Part shown: positions 12,001 to 20,436 of the stretch, piece by piece
Layout of the letters: every line of letters begins with the position of its first letter
Numbering within the stretch: position 1 is the first letter of the stretch
Assembly: GCA_965197525.1 (NCBI GenBank)
Contig: OZ240211.1
Span: 192,001 to 256,000, forward strand
Length of the DNA stretch: 64,000 nt
Direction: 5' to 3'
From: Nitrosopumilus sp.
GTDB lineage: Archaea > Thermoproteota > Nitrososphaeria > Nitrososphaerales > Nitrosopumilaceae
The notes under the pieces: generated by a model
Told to the model about the DNA's origin: nothing
What the model saw: the letters and a program-made list of their open reading frames with translations, nothing else
Database searches by the model: none
Position numbers and translations under genes: made by a program

Positions 12001-14117
12001 GCTGGTCAATTACGTTTGGTGATGACTCTACGCCTAATCCCATCACAGCAGTGACAGGTTCTGGTACTCTATACTACGTTACAGTCGCATCACCACAAAC
12101 AGGCACATACAACTTGGATATTGCAGAAGACAACGACATTGTAGACGCTTCAAGTAATTCACTGGCCAGCCGTACACCCACAGGCGGTGATCAGTCATAC
12201 ACCGTTACTGCAACAGATGTTACTACAACAACTGATACCACACCTCCGGCACTCACACTTGTAGGGTCACCTACCGTAACTATGGGTGTGGGCACCACAT
12301 ATACTGAGGACGGCGCCACCTGTATCGACAACAATGACGGCGATATCTCGTCGCAGATTGGCATGACAGGTTCAGTGAATACAGGAACAGCTGGAACATA
12401 CGTTATAACCTATACATGCACAGATGCTGCCAATAATCCTGCTACGCCGATAACTAGAACAGTCAGCGTTGTGGACTCGCCACCAACCGTTACAACCATC
12501 ACAAGGCACAGTCCTGCAGAACAAAACACGAGTAACAGCACGCTTCAGTTCAGTGTACTGTTCAGTGAGGCTGTAACCGGTGTAGGCCAGGACGATTTTG
12601 AGCTGTCCTCAGACAGTCCAACAGATGCTACTCCTCAGACATTTACATATTCTAGTGAGCCATCCCTCTTTGTACCATATGGTGTAACCAAGACAGATAC
12701 AATCACCGTATCTGACTCTGCCACTGTTACATCAGTGTCAGTATCAGTGGATATCACACATACCTACATCGGCGATCTAAAGGTGGAACTCGTTGCACCT
12801 GACAATACAGTCCGTATACTTCATAATCATATCGGCGGGTCAGATGATGATATTGTTAAAACTTACACACTTGAATACGACGATGACGTCTCAATTAACG
12901 GTGATTGGCAGTTGCGCCTGTATGATAACTATGACGCAGATGAGGGAACATTGAACAGCTGGTCAATTACGTTTGGTGATGGCTCTACGCCTAATCCCAT
13001 CACAGCAGTGACAGGTTCTGACAACCAGTACTATGTTACAGTCGCATCATCCCAGGCAGGCACATACAACCTGGATATTGCAGAAGACAACGACATTGTA
13101 GATTCTTCAAATAATTCATTGTCCAGCCGTACACCCACAGGCGATGATCAGTCATACACAGTTACTGTGTCAGCTGATGCCACACCTCCGGCACTCACAC
13201 TTGTAGGGTCACCTACCGTAACTATGGGTGTGGGCACCACATATACTGAGGACGGCGCCACCTGTATCGACAACAATGACGGCGATATCTCGTCGCAGAT
13301 TGGCATGACAGGTTCAGTGAATACAGGAACAGCTGGAACATACGTTATAACCTATACATGCACAGATGCTGCCAATAATCCTGCTACGCCGATAACTAGA
13401 ACAGTCAGCGTTGTGGACTCGCCACCAACCGTTACAACCATCACAAGGCACAGTCCTGCAGAACAAAACACGAGTAACAGCACGCTTCAGTTCAGTGTAC
13501 TGTTCAGTGAGGCTGTAACCGGTGTAGGCCAGGACGATTTTGAGCTGTCCTCAGACAGTCCAACAGATGCTACTCCTCAGACATTTACATATTCTAGTGA
13601 GCCATCCCTCTTTGTACCATATGGTGTAACCAAGACAGATACAATCACCGTATCTGACTCTGCCACTGTTACATCAGTGTCAGTATCAGTGGATATCACA
13701 CATACCTACATCGGCGATCTAAAGGTGGAACTCGTTGCACCTGACAATACAGTCCGTATACTTCATAATCATATCGGCGGGTCAGATGATGATATTGTCA
13801 AAACATACACACCTGACTTTGGAAGTGTCTCAATTAACGGTGATTGGCAGTTGCGCCTGTATGATAACTATGACGCAGATGAGGGAACATTGAACAGCTG
13901 GTCAATTACGTTTGGTGATGGCTCTACGCCTAATCCCATCACAGCAGTGACAGGTTCTGACAACCAGTACTATGTTACAGTCGCATCATCCCAGGCAGGC
14001 ACATACAACTTGGATATTGCAGAAGACAACGACATTGTAGATTCTTCAAATAATTCATTGTCCAGCCGTACACCCACAGGCGATGATCAGTCATACACCG
14101 TTACTGCAACTAGTTAG
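9039..14117 (+). CDS. Large repetitive surface protein: BspA/DUF285 repeats, 4 proprotein-convertase P-like domains, 3 DUF5011 Ig-like domains
   Basis: WDVSxVxxMxxMFxxAxSFNxDISG 25-aa repeats; DITHTYIGDLKVELVAPD...GDWQLR..D...GTLNSWSI P-domain pattern; PPALTLVG...GATCID..DGD...GTYVITY DUF5011 pattern. Confidence 0.88.
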   Translation: MVKNIFAFCIGGFSSHTGYQKLQLHWLLFLSVVLVSGMLVLHPGVYDISVSSWEETGDVFDVLPIKDDALSLQSFQDVIVSATSANKEEGDITLPMDSIFPASWTDLMDSATHSILPILAYAQTSNSDAFITTWDTTGEKTTTPNLSIASVKFHIDVKPGSQVTVDWGNGQSNTYNASQGVSHNYQNSQPDVSKTNTISITGDLERFYFYYVESFKTHDSPQLLMSLDQWGDAKWTDMTNMFRGATNMQYNVTDVPDLSSGPDVDYMFRYVNSFNGDLSDWDVSEMTDLGYMFADTPSFNSDISGWDVSKVTSMAYMFANSPSFNADISGWDVSSVEYMYYMFGSASSFNADISGWDVSSVEYMYNMFGAASSFNADISGWDVSSMYSVSLMSEMFYDASSFDQNLGPWFIVLEDTVVGHDKTQVTPISSQVTSLSSFVEFDANTDNYDITGADANYFTITDGHLVLNSPSDYNSKSQYDITITANNAVVDKLYLDVAPSISVTITVKQPSETTVTSIARHNPLTPTTDSSTLQFKVLFSDDVTNVNSEDFELSSSSPTNTIPHTYTSTPSLFIPYDTVKTDTITVSDSDTVSAVSVSVDITHAWIGDLLVELISPDNQVVTLHNYAGDSADDIVKTYILEYDDDVSINGDWQLRMYDNYNADSGTLNNWSIAFGDDSAFNSITSVTGSGNLYYVTVASSQAGTYNLDIAEDNDIVDASSNSLASRTPTGGDQSYTVTATDVTTTTDTTPPALTLVGSPTVTMGVGTTYTEDGATCIDNNDGDISSQIGMTGSVNTGTAGTYVITYTCTDAANNPATPITRTVSVVDSPPTVTSITRHSPAEQNTSNSTLQFSVLFSEAVTGVSQDDFELSSDSPTDATPQTFTYSSEPSLFVPYGVTKTDTITVSDSATVTSVSVSVDITHTYIGDLKVELVAPDNTAHTLHNHIGGSDDDIVKTYTLEYDDDVSINGDWQLRLYDNYDADEGTLNSWSITFGDDSTPNPITAVTGSGTLYYVTVASPQTGTYNLDIAEDNDIVDASSNSLASRTPTGGDQSYTVTATDVTTTTDTTPPALTLVGSPTVTMGVGTTYTEDGATCIDNNDGDISSQIGMTGSVNTGTAGTYVITYTCTDAANNPATPITRTVSVVDSPPTVTTITRHSPAEQNTSNSTLQFSVLFSEAVTGVGQDDFELSSDSPTDATPQTFTYSSEPSLFVPYGVTKTDTITVSDSATVTSVSVSVDITHTYIGDLKVELVAPDNTVRILHNHIGGSDDDIVKTYTLEYDDDVSINGDWQLRLYDNYDADEGTLNSWSITFGDGSTPNPITAVTGSDNQYYVTVASSQAGTYNLDIAEDNDIVDSSNNSLSSRTPTGDDQSYTVTVSADATPPALTLVGSPTVTMGVGTTYTEDGATCIDNNDGDISSQIGMTGSVNTGTAGTYVITYTCTDAANNPATPITRTVSVVDSPPTVTTITRHSPAEQNTSNSTLQFSVLFSEAVTGVGQDDFELSSDSPTDATPQTFTYSSEPSLFVPYGVTKTDTITVSDSATVTSVSVSVDITHTYIGDLKVELVAPDNTVRILHNHIGGSDDDIVKTYTPDFGSVSINGDWQLRLYDNYDADEGTLNSWSITFGDGSTPNPITAVTGSDNQYYVTVASSQAGTYNLDIAEDNDIVDSSNNSLSSRTPTGDDQSYTVTATS
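9925..10200 (+). repeat. 75-bp tandem repeats encoding DUF285 units
   Basis: aacgccgatatctcaggttgggatgt recurs at 10011, 10086 and 10161. Confidence 0.9.
11200..14112 (+). repeat. Near-identical ~950-bp intragenic tandem repeats
   Basis: cgccaccaac anchor at 11521, 12478 and 13420 (periods 957 and 942 bp). Confidence 0.92.
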
Positions 14118-14181
14118 TTACATAACTCACAACAGTTATCATTCAGATTGCCAAATTCTTCTAGCTACTACTGACTATGCT

Positions 14182-14898
14182 CAGTAGTCGGAAATTTGCC
14201 CCTTAGGCAGGTTCCACGACATCATACGGTTGACCTACAATCATACATGATTCCAATGCAGTCATTGCCGTAGCATATGCGACAAGTGCCAGAGTCACCC
14301 GATCATAACTCGAATCTGCACGGTACTGCTCCCTGCCCATGTGTTGTACATGAGCAGCGAGGTGTAAAACATATTGCCATAAACGATGCATTGCGGCTTG
14401 CTGTCCTCAGACGCACCTGCTCGACCTGCTTGTATCCTGTCTCTATCCTCAACCCCTGTACCGGCATGTATTCTTGGCAAGCCTTGCGGTACGTGTGAGC
14501 ATGTCCATACAGAGTTTGTCTGCATCGTCTGATTCCAGCGAGTTTATCATGTTACGAAACCACTTGGGCGACGGCATCTTCTTTTCGGCGTGCTTGAGTA
14601 GCCGGATTGCCTCCTCGGAGGATGTTGGATTCAGACATCTTCATCAGTATGGCTGCAAACTCGCTCACTCCATATTGGGCATTCTTCCTCGTAGAGAATC
14701 CCATAGATACGGATTCTAGTATTCCTGACAGGTATCAAGTATCCTTTCTCCGATCTTATTACGGTGTACCTGCCCACCTTTTTGCGTTAACACTAAGGTG
14801 GATAAGGGCATCGTGGATAATAGATTCGTATGTTCAAAAATGTTAACATAATTGAGAACGTCTGTTGGCTAGCTTAGGGGGTACATTTCCGACTACTG
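14182..14898 (-). mobile_element. Internally deleted ISH3-family IS remnant (717 bp)
   Basis: 21-bp TIRs cagtagtcggaaatttgcccc / ggggtacatttccgactactg, resembling the TIR of the intact ISH3 at 41289. Minus-strand fragments STRKNAQYGVSEF, MPSPKWFRNMINSLESDDADKLC, RIETGYKQVEQVRLRTASRN and FYTSLLMYNTW align by eye to the intact transposase. Confidence 0.85.
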
Positions 14899-15568
14899 AA
14901 AACTAACAAACTGTTATCTATCAAAGAGAACACAATACATGCAAAAGCTGGTTTTCACAGAAATGACCGTAGAAAAAAAGGTCAATTCTGGAAGGTAAAA
15001 CAGCAAAGAATGGCCAATAGAACAAAACAATACATACACAAAATATCAAAAGATATTGTGGATAATGCCGTTAGTAAAAAGGCTGTAATTGTGTTAGAAA
15101 ACTTGAAAGGAATAAGAAAATTGTACAAGAAAGGAAATGGTCAAGGCAACAAATACAGACGTAGATTGAATGGCTGGCAATTCTACGAGTTACAACGCCA
15201 AATAGAATACAAAGCCCAATGGGCCGGGCTCCCACCAGTAAGATATGTAGACCCAAAAAACACGAGCACGCAATGTCCAAGATGCGGAAAGGGACTCCAA
15301 GAGGACATGCAACACAGACGTAAAATGTCGTGTAATAATTGTGGATTATACATGGATAGAGACATTGTAGCTTCCATGAATATATCTCGCAAACTGTCCC
15401 CTAGGTTTAGGGATAGTAGAGTTGGCATAAGTGAAGCGCAGTCTGACGTTTTTGAGTCAGCGATGATGGAACCCTGTATACCGGTAATCCAGATAGTCGA
15501 TATGTCAAAGTCCAGTGTTCTGAGTGATTGTTATTGTTAATAATACCACTCGTGAATGCAACAGAACC
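14899..15568 (+). mobile_element. tnpB: 5'-truncated TIR-bounded tnpB element (copy 1)
   Basis: tnpB sequence (KTNKLLSIKENTIH...) starts immediately after the ISH3 TIR and the reading frame runs to 15540. Right end is tgcaacagaacc (reverse complement GGTTCTGTTGCA). Left end is missing. Confidence 0.85.
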
Positions 15569-15612
15569 GCCTAATCCAAGAGCTTAAATATATTCAGAGA
15601 ATGTTGTTTTTT

Positions 15613-15828
15613 ATGCCAGAGTTACGACAAGTTGGTACCTCAAAGAAAGATGTCTCAAAGCTAGCAATATTTGTACTATCAGTCGCGTTTCTTGTAGGCA
15701 TGTTTGTTGCAGCTTTTGATCAAGGTCATATCTTTAGTCTAGTGTATGGTCAGGAAGCATTTCTTGATCCCTATCTTCATGAGCTCTTTCACGATACAAG
15801 ACATGCAGCAGGTTTCCCCTGTCACTAG
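15613..15828 (+). CDS. cbtB: Cobalt transporter subunit CbtB-like
   Basis: One TM helix and the C-terminal HELFHDTRHAAGFPCH motif. The ATG at 15613 is more likely than 15556, which lies inside the IS end; TATA-like cttaaata about 25 nt upstream. Confidence 0.85.
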   Translation: MPELRQVGTSKKDVSKLAIFVLSVAFLVGMFVAAFDQGHIFSLVYGQEAFLDPYLHELFHDTRHAAGFPCH

Positions 15829-15840
15829 GAATTTTACATA

Positions 15841-16554
15841 ATGAAAACACATATTTTTCTAATTATTGTCATACTTTCAGGCGCTGCATCTGGTCTGATT
15901 TACGGGGCTGTCAACTATGTAATTGTAGAACCATACCTTGATCAGGCAATCGGACTTGAAAATCAAAACCTGTTTGATTTAGGCATAGAGGAGAATACCC
16001 TTGCATTTCAAGCAAATCATGAAGAGTATAGAACATGGCAAAAGAGCGGACAGATTCTTGCAAGTGTAATTTTGGGAATTTCGATTGGCTCATTGTTTGG
16101 AATTGTGTTTGCATTGTCTAGAAATTCGTTACCTGGCAGTCATCATGTACATCGTTCTCTTTTATTATCCGTAGTAATGTGGTTTGCCATATATTTAATA
16201 CCATTTCTAAAATATCCTGCAAACCCTCCTACAGTTGGAGAGACTGAGACTATATTTTTGCGTACCATCTTGTACATATCGTTTGTTGCTATATCCGGCG
16301 CCGGGATAATTATTTTTTATAAACTATCCAAAAAGATTAATAAAAAATTTTTGGCAGTATGTGGTTATGCGGCATTAATAATCGCAGCATTCATCCTTAT
16401 GCCTGAAAACCCTGATGCCATATCTGCTCCCATGACCCTTGTAAACGAGTTTAGGCTAATGTCTCTCCTTGGAATTTCATCACTTTGGGTATCTCTTGGA
16501 GTAATATTTGGTCTTTTGTGGAATCGACTGGAATCTCCTAATGTGAGTATCTAA
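15841..16554 (+). CDS. cbtA: Cobalt transporter subunit CbtA-like
   Basis: Multi-TM protein with the LKYPANPPTVG motif, adjacent to cbtB. Confidence 0.85.
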   Translation: MKTHIFLIIVILSGAASGLIYGAVNYVIVEPYLDQAIGLENQNLFDLGIEENTLAFQANHEEYRTWQKSGQILASVILGISIGSLFGIVFALSRNSLPGSHHVHRSLLLSVVMWFAIYLIPFLKYPANPPTVGETETIFLRTILYISFVAISGAGIIIFYKLSKKINKKFLAVCGYAALIIAAFILMPENPDAISAPMTLVNEFRLMSLLGISSLWVSLGVIFGLLWNRLESPNVSI

Positions 16555-16601
16555 TAGTGTTCTAACTCTCTAGAATGAGAACACTAATTAAATAGGCGTT
16601 A

Positions 16602-16946
16602 ATGTATTGTGGATACATGTCAAGAAAGTTAACTCTACCTCAACTAAAAAAATACGATATTACTCAAAAAGTAATTGAAGCTCTCGCTGATCCTGAATCT
16701 CGTGCAATTCTTTTCACTATTGTTAAGAAAGGTAGTACTGCAGCAGAACTCTCATACAAACTTAACATACCATTAAGCTCTGTATATAAAAAATTAACCG
16801 ATCTCCAAGAGCTAACATTAATCGAGGTTGAAAAATGGATGTTGTCTGATAAAGGCAGAAAATACAAGATTTATCGCAGTAGAATCAGCAAAGCTGATGT
16901 CTCAATTCGAAAGCCAGAACCTGTTCTTACGCTAGTTCCGAACTAA
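16602..16946 (+). CDS. ArsR-like winged-HTH transcriptional regulator
   Basis: ALADPESRAIL...AAELSYKLNIPLSSVYKKL...GRKYKIYRS. Confidence 0.85.
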   Translation: MYCGYMSRKLTLPQLKKYDITQKVIEALADPESRAILFTIVKKGSTAAELSYKLNIPLSSVYKKLTDLQELTLIEVEKWMLSDKGRKYKIYRSRISKADVSIRKPEPVLTLVPN

Positions 16947-16948
16947 GT

Positions 16949-17308
16949 GTGGTTTTGTTGCAAAAACCTTCCATTATTCAGTTATCTGAGTTTGACGTTA
17001 CACAAAAAATTATCGAATCTATTAGTAATGTTTGTACACGTTCGGTATTGTTTTCCATTAAAACCCAATCAAAGGATGCAACAAATATTGCCGACGAGTT
17101 AAACCTCTCCCTTTCCACCGTCTACAAAACTCTCTCCAATCTTGAGACTCTTGCATTAATTGAGATAGATAAATTTACCATATCTGACGAGGGCAAAAAG
17201 ATCAAACTTTACCGTAGTAGGATAAGAAAGGTCGAGATAACTCTGGATGCATTTGAGCCCGTCTTAAACCTGTACACTAACACCATAAATCCAAAATCCG
17301 ATCCTTGA
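16949..17308 (+). CDS. ArsR-like winged-HTH regulator (tandem paralog)
   Basis: IADELNLSLSTVYKTL...GKKIKLYRS, same pattern as the preceding ORF. Confidence 0.85.
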   Translation: MVLLQKPSIIQLSEFDVTQKIIESISNVCTRSVLFSIKTQSKDATNIADELNLSLSTVYKTLSNLETLALIEIDKFTISDEGKKIKLYRSRIRKVEITLDAFEPVLNLYTNTINPKSDP

Positions 17309-17407
17309 TTACTTTTGTTTGCATTATCAACTGGAACAGTGCCTGGTAAACTCAAAACCGAATTTTCTATTTCTGTATTTTAGTTGCGTGTTATTTAAAA
17401 ATCCCAG

Positions 17408-18436
17408 TTACGTTGTAATCTCTTTTAATTGCCCGGTTTGCATGGCGCAGTTTATCTCTCTTGCCATTCTTCTTCCCATGCTCATGGGTTCATTATACAA
17501 CAATGCATAGTAGGGCGATGAACCGTCCATGTAGATGTTTGTTCCTGCAACAATTCTTGCTGAGAATTCAAACGATGTGAATTTTGCATCTTCATCATAT
17601 ACACCTTCTATGCAGAACGGCCCATTCATACCGGGTGGTACTATACGCTTTGCGGCCTCTACAAAGTTCTCTCCCATAGAGTACACCTCATCTAGCAGAG
17701 ATTCTCTTAGAATCAGCGGACTGTTTCCAATAACGTTAAAGGATGGAACTTTGTCTGTTTTTAGCTGTTGCTCTGCTGGAATCCTTGCTAGTCCTTCGAT
17801 ATCTGACTCGTGTCTCTGATCACATCCGAAAAACTCCAACTCGTCTTTTAGCGGTGAATAAAAGAACTGTAGATATGCTAGTACACCTGCTGAGTATTCT
17901 TGAATGTATAATGGTTCATCCCTTGATATTATTCCTTTGGATATTAGCTGATCTCTTTTTGTATTGTAATCGTTTTTACTAGAGGCCATAAAATATCCTT
18001 TTCCTCCTGCAGCGCCCTGTCTTTTGACTATGACTAGTCTGTCAATGTTGTCGGGACCGTCTATCTGTTTTGGAACAGGCAACCGTGCTTTTTTCATGAG
18101 TTCTTCTTTCTTGCCTCTGTCTGCCTCCCAACGCAGAATCCATCTGTTACCGAAGATGGGCGTCTTTATGGATTCTATCTCTTCTGAATCCATCTGTGCA
18201 ATCAGCGTACCGTGTGGGATGAGAACTGCATCTCTCTCTTTGAGTACTGACTGGCACTTTTTGTCTAGTATCTCTCTGAACGAGTCTACAAGGATTAATT
18301 CGTCAATAAATGGAAATCTTTTATATAATTTTTCACGCTTTTTCTCGCATACTAGGATGGTGTTTAACCCTTCATCTTTTGCTCCTTTTAGAACCTGTAA
18401 AGCACAATGGGAGCCTAACGTTGCGACTGATGTCAT
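17408..18436 (-). CDS. purP: FAICAR synthetase PurP (ATP-grasp)
   Basis: TLGSHCALQVLKGAKDEG start, GGKGYF, GPFCIE, FEFSARIVAGTN. Confidence 0.9.
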   Translation of the reverse strand: MTSVATLGSHCALQVLKGAKDEGLNTILVCEKKREKLYKRFPFIDELILVDSFREILDKKCQSVLKERDAVLIPHGTLIAQMDSEEIESIKTPIFGNRWILRWEADRGKKEELMKKARLPVPKQIDGPDNIDRLVIVKRQGAAGGKGYFMASSKNDYNTKRDQLISKGIISRDEPLYIQEYSAGVLAYLQFFYSPLKDELEFFGCDQRHESDIEGLARIPAEQQLKTDKVPSFNVIGNSPLILRESLLDEVYSMGENFVEAAKRIVPPGMNGPFCIEGVYDEDAKFTSFEFSARIVAGTNIYMDGSSPYYALLYNEPMSMGRRMAREINCAMQTGQLKEITT

Positions 18437-18468
18437 ATCTTGTTAATTTGAACTCGGTTATTTTGTAC

Positions 18469-18678
18469 TTATGAACTATGTGCAGATGTTACATATTGGA
18501 ATATCTCGTCAATTAGTTCCACGCTCAGCTCTGACTTTATGTCCTCTGGAATCACTTTTAGCACAAAACTGTACATTGTTGTATCTTTGGGGATTTGGTT
18601 GTTCTCATTTAGTAATGAAAATACTGCAATACCGTTTGCAATTATTGCTATTATTTTATCTCTGTCAGATAGGGCCAT
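18469..18678 (-). CDS. Small hypothetical protein
   Basis: 69-aa ORF just upstream of purP on the same strand. Confidence 0.65.
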   Translation of the reverse strand: MALSDRDKIIAIIANGIAVFSLLNENNQIPKDTTMYSFVLKVIPEDIKSELSVELIDEIFQYVTSAHSS

Positions 18679-18770
18679 GATGATGAATGCTAATTATTAT
18701 GTTATTTTCTTGTTTTTATATAAATTTGATTTGACGTCAATACATCATATGATGGTATCTTGATGTGGAA

Positions 18771-20102
18771 GGTTCTGTTGGGCTAACGGGTGTTGACTGC
18801 TGAGGATCATGTCAGATTCCACAACCATCAACAACACATTGACTACTCGACTTTGACATATCGACTATTCGGATTACCGGTCTGCAGGGTTCCGCCATCG
18901 CCGGTTCAAAAACACCGGACTGCGCTTCATGTATGCCATCTCTACTATCTCTAAACCTAGGAGACAGTTTGCGTGATATGTTCATGGCAGCGATGATATC
19001 CCTGTCCATAAACAAACCGCAATTATTACACGATGATTTACGATGTTGTTGCATGTCCTCTTGGAGTCTCTTTCCGCATTGCGGACACTGCGTGCTCGTG
19101 TTTTTTGGGTCTACTGTTTTTACAGGTAGCCCGACCCATTGGGCTTTGTATTCTATTTGTCTTTGTAGTTCAAAGAATTGCCATCCGTTCAATCTACGTC
19201 TGTATTTGTCGCCTTGACCGTTTCCTTTTCCGTACAGTTTTCTAATTCCCTTTAGATTTTCTAGAACAATGACAGCCTTTTTCTTGACTGCATTGTCTAC
19301 TATGTTTTTTGAGATTCTGTGTATGTACTGTTTTGTTCTGTTTGACATTCTTCTCTGTTTTTCTTTGTAGAATTGACCTTTCTTTCTTTTGTCGTTTCTA
19401 CGGAAACTGGATCTGGCATGTATTGTGTTCTCTTTGATTGAGAGTAACTTGTTGGTTTTGTAGAATGTTACCTCTTCTTCATTTCCGCATGTGACGTTTC
19501 TAAGGTTTCTGTCTACTCCTACTGTCTTGGCGCACTCTATCTCCTGTACTTTTTTTGAAATACAAAGACTGATGTTGAGAGCAGTCAATGAAAACGAGCG
19601 CACTGCCAAGGCGGGATCCGACAGTATTTTTTGAGTATGTTCGTTGAGTAGGATGTTAATTGGATTTCTTGGCTTGTATGGAATTGTGAGTAAGGCGCCG
19701 TTGTGTTTTATACGGTAACAATTAGTGATAAACGGATTTTTGATAATTGGATCTTTTACTTTGAGGCCACGTTTGACTGACTGATCTCTGTTTGCCAGGA
19801 TGCCAGCAGCTCGTGATATTGCATTGAGTTTGTATGAAGATAGGATGTCGTAGTGACGTAATTCGTGATAGCATAACATAGACAACCGTTTCATGTTGTG
19901 GGTATCTTCCTTTAGCCCTATCTTGATACAACGGTTAACCATGTCTGTGAACGTGATCATCATGTCCATTAGGTCAGAGTTTGGTGTATGTTTTTGTGCT
20001 ATTGACTTTATTGCTCTCAACAAGTATTATACGGTTTAAGGCTATCTATATTTAGTGTTATGAGTATAATTTCTGATCAACACCCGTTAACCCAACAGAA
20101 CC
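18771..20102 (-). mobile_element. TIR-bounded tnpB-only element (copy 2, 1332 bp)
   Basis: 26-bp TIRs ggttctgttgggctaacgggtgttga / tcaacacccgttaacccaacagaacc (1 mismatch). 8-bp TSD atgtggaa / atatggaa (1 mismatch). Confidence 0.92.
18812..20023 (-). CDS. tnpB: TnpB-like RNA-guided RuvC nuclease
   Basis: RuvC-I GVDRN, RuvC-II VLENL, Zn finger CPQCG...CNNCG, RuvC-III DRDIIAAMNI. Confidence 0.92.
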   Translation of the reverse strand: MLRAIKSIAQKHTPNSDLMDMMITFTDMVNRCIKIGLKEDTHNMKRLSMLCYHELRHYDILSSYKLNAISRAAGILANRDQSVKRGLKVKDPIIKNPFITNCYRIKHNGALLTIPYKPRNPINILLNEHTQKILSDPALAVRSFSLTALNISLCISKKVQEIECAKTVGVDRNLRNVTCGNEEEVTFYKTNKLLSIKENTIHARSSFRRNDKRKKGQFYKEKQRRMSNRTKQYIHRISKNIVDNAVKKKAVIVLENLKGIRKLYGKGNGQGDKYRRRLNGWQFFELQRQIEYKAQWVGLPVKTVDPKNTSTQCPQCGKRLQEDMQQHRKSSCNNCGLFMDRDIIAAMNISRKLSPRFRDSRDGIHEAQSGVFEPAMAEPCRPVIRIVDMSKSSSQCVVDGCGI

Positions 20103-20276
20103 ATATGGAATATACATTAAATATGCATCATTGCTCAATGTCTCTAACTCTATGATCGTCGATGAGTGTCCCTTTATTTCGTCTGTCTCTTGTGATTGTT
20201 CCAGTGATACATGGTATCCAACATATGCACCGGTGATGATAAACGTCGTAATCACAAGACCAATTAACAGATTCAT
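20058..20276 (-). CDS. Small membrane protein whose C-terminus is replaced by the tnpB element end
   Basis: N-terminal TM helix; codons after YIPY come from the TIR. Empty-site reconstruction ends ...YIP(Y/H)QDTII* at 18744. Confidence 0.55.
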   Translation of the reverse strand: MNLLIGLVITTFIITGAYVGYHVSLEQSQETDEIKGHSSTIIELETLSNDAYLMYIPYGSVGLTGVDQKLYS

Positions 20277-20436
20277 CGCTTTTGTGCAAGTTTGACTGCC
20301 TATAAATATTATGAAATTTTTTATAAAGTTCGATCAGTCGTATTACACTAGTGTATTGACATCTGAGTTACCACCTGCATTGTTGTTAGAGCAGTTATTA
20401 TGTCTGGTTTGTTAGATTTAATAATTACTTTTAACC

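Noticed and set aside
15569-15612. Cobalamin riboswitch upstream of cbtB
   Set aside because: Only about 45 bp separate the IS end and the start codon, and no riboswitch core is visible.
16555-16563. 8-nt match between the copy 1 linker (agtgttct) and the palindrome after cbtA as a guide-target pair
   Set aside because: Too short to exceed chance in 64 kb of AT-rich DNA.
18812-20023. Calling the TnpB proteins Cas12f/Cas14
   Set aside because: No CRISPR array or cas1/2/4 near any copy, and they sit inside TIR-bounded elements.
18771-20102. Annotating the tnpB elements as ordinary IS200/IS605 or IS1341
   Set aside because: TIRs and 8-bp TSDs do not fit HUH peel-and-paste transposition, and no tnpA is present.
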